From positions 1-42,513 of the forward strand of contig JAITKW010000066.1 of the NCBI GenBank assembly GCA_031278275.1: a DNA stretch of 42,513 nt. The letters are read 5' to 3'. The notes under the pieces are model-generated. The model made no database searches. It saw only the letters and a program-made list of their open reading frames with translations, and was not told the origin of the DNA. Numbering within the stretch: the stretch's first letter is position 1; every line of letters starts with the position of its first letter. This DNA is from Candidatus Nomurabacteria bacterium (GTDB lineage Bacteria; Patescibacteriota; Saccharimonadia; Saccharimonadales; Saccharimonadaceae). Positions 37,911 through 42,513 of this stretch are shown here, one piece after another. Position numbers and translations under genes: made by a program.

Positions 37911-37946
37911 TTGAAACTCTTTATCAAGATGTTATCAGAGTTTCAA
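37911..37946 (-). promoter_or_regulatory. Perfect 10-bp inverted repeat bracketing the rpsL -10 (operator-like)
   Basis: The plus strand has ttgaaactct (37911-37920) and agagtttcaa (37937-37946), separated by 16 nt that contain the -10 hexamer. Confidence 0.4.
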
Positions 37947-37957
37947 AAAGATGTCAA
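37929..37957 (-). promoter_or_regulatory. Sigma70-like promoter of rpsL-rpsG-fusA
   Basis: The minus strand reads TTGACA-17 nt-TGaTAACAT. A leader of about 130 nt contains two 7-bp hairpins (GACGAAA/UUUCGUC and GUGAUUU/AAAUCAC). Confidence 0.6.
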
Positions 37958-37964
37958 TAGCACT

Positions 37965-38100
37965 GGTCTTGTTGTGTAACTACCCATTCACGGGGCTCTT
38001 TAATCTGTGACGACAGATTAAAGCGAGGAATTGCCTGACACCAATAACGATTGGCTGTCACAATTCCGTACCCGCGAATGGGTAGTTACACAACAAGACC
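37965..38100 (-). repeat. 136-nt palindromic element: 30-bp outer stem enclosing two hairpins (three-way junction); MITE/REP-like element or structured RNA
   Basis: Arms 37965-37994 and 38071-38100 are complementary at 29/30 positions. The single mismatch becomes a U:G wobble only in the minus-strand transcript. The inner hairpins are 37998-38023 (11 bp) and 38028-38066 (16 bp with bulges). Confidence 0.8.
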
Positions 38101-38178
38101 CCACACATCAAAATGAGTAATTACGCGACAAAACTCCGTGTATTAAACCCTGCGAAAAAAGAATTATGCGACTAGTTT

Positions 38179-38718
38179 TTACAAATCTACCACTGCGTCT
38201 TCGGTGGCGAGGTCTTCGCCCCTTATGGCTTCGGTGATGTCGTCAAAATCTTCATCTTCGGTAAAATCGTCCACGACCGCCATTTTGTTGGACTTTACGC
38301 CAGTGCCAACGGGGATTTTACGCCCAATAATCACATTTTCTTTGAGTCCGACAAGACGATCGACTTTGCCAGAGATGGCGGCAGAAATCAGGACGCGGGT
38401 AGTGTCTTGGAAAGAGGCGGCAGACAAGAAACTGTCGCTGTAAATCGCTACTTTAGTGATACCAAGCAATAATTGGTTGTATTTGCAAGGAGTTTTGCCC
38501 GCTTTTTCCAATTTTTCGTTGGCTTTGATGGCGGAGGATTTGCTGACAATGTCGCCAATGATGAAGCTGGAATCGCCCGCATCTTCAATCATCACCCGAC
38601 TAAACATTTGCCGAACGATGATTTCAAGGTGTTTGTCGGAAACTTCTTGCCCCTGCGCTGCGTAAATCCTGAGAACTTCGTTGATAATGTAGCGTTCGGT
38701 AGCTTCAATGCCTCTGTA
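38179..38718 (-). CDS. rpoC: RNA polymerase beta-prime, C-terminal 179 codons, in frame with and immediately downstream of the TAA at 38719-38721
   Basis: YRGIEATERYIINEVLRIYAAQGQEVSDKHLEIIVRQ-MFSRVMIEDAGDS..LLGITKV..SFLSAASFQDTTRVL..GLKENVIIGRKIPVGTG. The first ATG is at 38607. There is no ATG, GTG or TTG between the stop and that ATG. Confidence 0.75.
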   Translation of the reverse strand, partial: YRGIEATERYIINEVLRIYAAQGQEVSDKHLEIIVRQMFSRVMIEDAGDSSFIIGDIVSKSSAIKANEKLEKAGKTPCKYNQLLLGITKVAIYSDSFLSAASFQDTTRVLISAAISGKVDRLVGLKENVIIGRKIPVGTGVKSNKMAVVDDFTEDEDFDDITEAIRGEDLATEDAVVDL

Positions 38719-41700
38719 TTACATCAAATCAAGTAGGTTCAGCGAACCTGCGGTCAGGCGGTCACCAGCTTTCACTGCGCCACCGGATTTAACCACAATC
38801 TCCACTTCATCAGGCACCTCAATTTTGACGGGAGCTGACGTGGCACCCACAATCACGATTTCGTCATCATTGGCTTGTTCTACTACGCCATCAATAGGGG
38901 CAACGAGCGGTGCTTTGTCGTCAGATTTGGCGGCGATGATGTCGCCCACGCGCACGGCTTTGCCGTTTTTGACTTTCATCTTGCGACCGTCAAGTTTCAA
39001 ATGTTCTATCTTGCCAGACGAGGGAGTAACTTGGATTATAAAGCGTTTGCCATCTTCCCAAACTTCCACCATGCCGTCAATTGGCGATACGGTGGCTTGA
39101 CCTTTCGGCGTTCGGGCTTCAAACAATTCTTCAACGCGTGGCAAACCTTTAGAAATGGCACCGGAACCAGCCACACCGGACGAGTGGAAAGTGTCCAAAG
39201 TCAACTGCGTGCCAGGTTCGCCGACTGATTGCGCCGCAATCACGCCGACTGGTTGGTTGGCTTCCACCAATTTTTTGGTTGACATATCCAGGCCATAACT
39301 TTTCTTGGACACGCCGTCCAAGTTTTTGGTGGAGAGAATGCTGTAGATTTTTACGCTGTCCACGCTCTCATCATCTTCAATTTCGTCCGCAATCTCACGT
39401 GTGATTAGCTCGCCAGCCTCCACATGCCCAGATACGGTTTCGGCAGCATAGCGCCCAGCCAAACGGTTGGAAAACTCAATCATAGTCAATTCAGTTTCAT
39501 TACGATAAATCGTAAAGCCCTCATCTTCGCCCTCTTCGTTGGTCGTGAAAACATCTTGCGCAACATCAACCAAGCGTCTGGTCAAATAGCCCGAGTCGGC
39601 CGTCTTGAGAGCGGTTGAAACTAAGCCTTGCCTTGCGCCACGTGTTGCCACAAAAGATTCCAGCAAAGACAAGCCTTTTTTGAAATTGGAGCGAATGGGC
39701 AGTTCCATCTCGCGACCATTGACATCAACCATAATTCCAATCATCGCAGAAGCCAGTTTGATATTTGACACGGTGCCACGTGCGCCAGAGTTGACCATTA
39801 AACTGATGTTTGTGTCAACGCTGTCAATTCTGGTTTTCAAAAGGTCGGAGATTTTGTTGTCAACGTTGCGCCAATTGGCAACCGTCAAGTTATGGCGCTC
39901 TTTGTTGGTAATCAACCCCTCGTTATATTGCTCAGCGATTTGTGCCGCTCGCCCCGTACCCTCCGCCACCATTTCAGCCACTTCCGGAAAGTCAACATAA
40001 TCGTCTTTGGATGTGGACACGCCCGCAATCGTTTCGTACTTGAAAGACAAAGCCTTAACCGCATCGGCAATTTTCACGGTCATATCGGCACCATATTTTG
40101 CAAAAATCTTGTTCATGACTTTTTTCAATTGTTTTTTGGTTTGAGCCGAATTGTCAAAGGGATAATCTTCCGGCAATACCTCGTTGAACAGCACTCGCCC
40201 AAAAGTGGTTTCGCGCATTTCACCTTTGAATGGTAATTTAATGGGAGATTGTAGTTGGATTTTTTGATTGTCATAAGCCATCTCAGCTTCATAAACTGAA
40301 GAAAAAGTTTTCAAATCGCCCTTGATTTTGCTGTAAGTGAGGTAGTAAATCCCCAGTACCACGTCTTGTTCAATAGATAAAACCGGCGCGCCGTCAGCGG
40401 GTTTTAATAAATTGTTTACCACACTAATCAAGCCCCCGGCTTCTCTTTGAGCGTCTTCGGATATGGGCAAATGCACCGCCATTTGGTCACCGTCATAGTC
40501 CGCATTGAAACCTTTAGCGACCAACGGGTGCAATTGAATGGCTTGACCGTCAATTAACTTCGGCTGAAAGGCTTGAATGGAGAGCTTGTGGAGGGTCGGC
40601 GCACGGTTAAGCAACACGTATTTGTTAGTAATCACTTCGTCCAAGCCGTCCCAAACCACCGCCTCGTTGGATTCTATCATGTGGTTGGCGTTTTTGATGT
40701 TGTTGGCGTGTTCGTTGCGGATTAACCACGAAATCACGAACGGCCTGAACAGCTCCATCGCCATTTGTTTTGGCAAACCGCATTGATTGATGTTTAGCTC
40801 AGGCCCAACCACGATGACCGAGCGCCCAGAATAATCCACACGCTTGCCCAGCAAGTTCTGGCGGAAGCGACCTTGTTTGCCTTTTAGCATATCAGATAAA
40901 GATTTCAGTTGGCGTTTGTTGTTGGACGATTTGGCGGTACGGTTGCCATGCGTGGCGGAGTTGTCAATAAGGGAATCAACCGCTTCTTGCAACATGCGCA
41001 TTTCGTTACGGCAAATCACGTCTGGAGCGTTCAAGTCCATCAGTTTTTTCAGGCGGTTGTTGCGGTTGATGACACGGCGATATAAATCATTGATGTCTGA
41101 GGTGACGAAACGCCCGCCCGCTAGTGACACAATTGGACGCAAATCTGGCGGAATGACAGGAATAATTGTCAACATTAAATCAGCTGGCTTAATCCCCGCT
41201 GAGCGCATACCTTCCATTACTTTCAACCTTTTGACCAGTTTTTTCTCTTTTTGACCGCGTGCGCTTTTCGCGGTCTCGGTCAATTCCTCAATCGTTTTGT
41301 CAATATTGATTTCGTCCAGCAACTCTTTGATAGCCACGCCACCCATGCCAACCTTAACCAAATCTTCATATTCTTCCGGCAACTCCGCTTTTTCAGATTC
41401 AGTCATTAAACTGTATTTATTTAACTTGGTCAACCAATTTTTTCTTTCCGTATAATCGGTCTCCAAACTTTCCACCTCTTCGGCTTGGGCTTCCGCTAAA
41501 GCCTTGATGTCCGCATTTTTATCTTTAGCAGCGTCTTCGTAACGGATTTTGATAGCTTCGCGCGCCGCTACAGTTTGGGCTTCCAGCTCCTTGAGTTTTT
41601 GGTCTTTGGCCTCATCATCAACGGAAATAATCACAAAACTGGCAAAATAAATCACTTTTTCAATATTTTTCACCGTCATGTCGAGCAAAAGACCGATAGC

Positions 41701-42054
41701 GCTGGGCACGCCACGCATAAACCAAATATGCGCCACCGGCACCGCTAAAGTGATATGCCCCATACGTTCGCGGCGCGAAATGGCTTTGGTCACCAAGTTC
41801 CCATCACGGTCAACCGCCGCTTCGCGACTCCTGATGCCTTTCAATTTGCCATCATGCGGGTTGATGTCTTTGACTGGACCAAAAATCCTTTCGCAAAACA
41901 ACCCATCACGTTCAGGTTTTTGCGTGCGATAATTGATGGTTTCCGGTTTCAAAACTTCGCCATAACTCCAATTTAACACATCTTCACTGCTTGCCACGCT
42001 CAAACGAATGGAATCAAAGTCGTTCGTGCCAATATATTGATCAAATCGTCCCAT
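38719..42054 (-). CDS. rpoC: RNA polymerase beta-prime, N-terminal 1111 codons (ends at the in-frame TAA)
   Basis: Motifs: RRERMGHITLAVPVAHIWF, NADYDGDQMAVH (catalytic), SGARG and GVIAAQSVGEPGTQLTL. Its start is coupled to the rpoB stop (TAAAATG). Confidence 0.95.
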   Translation of the reverse strand: MGRFDQYIGTNDFDSIRLSVASSEDVLNWSYGEVLKPETINYRTQKPERDGLFCERIFGPVKDINPHDGKLKGIRSREAAVDRDGNLVTKAISRRERMGHITLAVPVAHIWFMRGVPSAIGLLLDMTVKNIEKVIYFASFVIISVDDEAKDQKLKELEAQTVAAREAIKIRYEDAAKDKNADIKALAEAQAEEVESLETDYTERKNWLTKLNKYSLMTESEKAELPEEYEDLVKVGMGGVAIKELLDEINIDKTIEELTETAKSARGQKEKKLVKRLKVMEGMRSAGIKPADLMLTIIPVIPPDLRPIVSLAGGRFVTSDINDLYRRVINRNNRLKKLMDLNAPDVICRNEMRMLQEAVDSLIDNSATHGNRTAKSSNNKRQLKSLSDMLKGKQGRFRQNLLGKRVDYSGRSVIVVGPELNINQCGLPKQMAMELFRPFVISWLIRNEHANNIKNANHMIESNEAVVWDGLDEVITNKYVLLNRAPTLHKLSIQAFQPKLIDGQAIQLHPLVAKGFNADYDGDQMAVHLPISEDAQREAGGLISVVNNLLKPADGAPVLSIEQDVVLGIYYLTYSKIKGDLKTFSSVYEAEMAYDNQKIQLQSPIKLPFKGEMRETTFGRVLFNEVLPEDYPFDNSAQTKKQLKKVMNKIFAKYGADMTVKIADAVKALSFKYETIAGVSTSKDDYVDFPEVAEMVAEGTGRAAQIAEQYNEGLITNKERHNLTVANWRNVDNKISDLLKTRIDSVDTNISLMVNSGARGTVSNIKLASAMIGIMVDVNGREMELPIRSNFKKGLSLLESFVATRGARQGLVSTALKTADSGYLTRRLVDVAQDVFTTNEEGEDEGFTIYRNETELTMIEFSNRLAGRYAAETVSGHVEAGELITREIADEIEDDESVDSVKIYSILSTKNLDGVSKKSYGLDMSTKKLVEANQPVGVIAAQSVGEPGTQLTLDTFHSSGVAGSGAISKGLPRVEELFEARTPKGQATVSPIDGMVEVWEDGKRFIIQVTPSSGKIEHLKLDGRKMKVKNGKAVRVGDIIAAKSDDKAPLVAPIDGVVEQANDDEIVIVGATSAPVKIEVPDEVEIVVKSGGAVKAGDRLTAGSLNLLDLM

Positions 42055-42055
42055 T

Positions 42056-42513
<458 letters not shown>

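Noticed and set aside
37965-38100. The palindrome interpreted as the intrinsic terminator of rpoBC.
   Set aside because: No U-tract follows the stem on the minus strand (the sequence continues AGUGCUAUUGACA). The 30-bp perfect stem with two internal hairpins is unlike the compact terminators seen elsewhere in the window.
38113-38175. A 20-codon plus-strand ORF (MSNYATKLRVLNPAKKELCD) next to the palindrome, and a 16-codon minus-strand ORF starting at ATGTGTGGGG and running into the palindrome arm.
   Set aside because: There is no SD or promoter, the ORFs are very short and nothing indicates conservation. They are probably chance ORFs.
38719-38721. The idea that TAA is reassigned to a sense codon in this organism.
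   Set aside because: TAA terminates many conserved genes in the window at their expected ends (tuf, rpsJ, rplC, rpsG, recA, rpoB). TGA and TAG also behave as stops (tgt, rplO, rpsM). Standard code fits everything except this one site.

Overview
The window is a gene-dense core-genome segment with about 56 CDS, almost all on the minus strand. The organism looks like a reduced Gram-positive-type bacterium, probably Patescibacteria/CPR and possibly Saccharibacteria. That assignment is an inference from three things: no rpmD (L30) between rpsE and rplO, a sortase gene, and standard code with TGA/TAA/TAG stops. Reading down the minus strand from the window end: rpoB (3' part), rpoC, rpsL-rpsG-fusA, an unknown ORF, tuf, a plus-strand HAD-like gene, then the S10/spc/alpha ribosomal clusters (rpsJ through rplQ, including secY, infA, rpmJ and rpoA). 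These are followed by rplM-rpsI, recA, rplA, rplJ-rplL, two unknown ORFs, dnaX-dnaB, a GT-C-like membrane protein, ybaB-recR-nrnA and cysS. The plus strand carries tgt and an AI-2E transporter, and the window starts with a partial response regulator. I found no rRNA, tRNA, CRISPR array, transposase or prophage genes.

Points worth a second look:
1. rpoC is interrupted by one in-frame TAA. Conserved codons continue in the same frame after it.
2. A perfect 30-bp-stem, three-way-junction palindrome (about 136 nt) lies between rpoC and the rpsL promoter. Related copies or core fragments sit next to the promoters of rplA, rplJ, recA, secY and tuf.
3. The structural zinc-binding cysteines are missing from beta-prime (both sites), RecR, DnaX and L36.
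4. S12 has Pro at the streptomycin-resistance Lys88-equivalent position, plus a 13-residue insertion.
5. A GC-richer unknown gene with its own promoter and terminator is inserted between fusA and tuf.
6. L1 has an N-terminal Lys/Glu-rich extension of about 135 aa and is not preceded by rplK.
7. Several genes have (extended) -10 boxes 6-10 nt upstream of the ATG with no Shine-Dalgarno sequence, which suggests leaderless mRNAs.

All protein-family calls come from my own reading of the translations. No database search was run.
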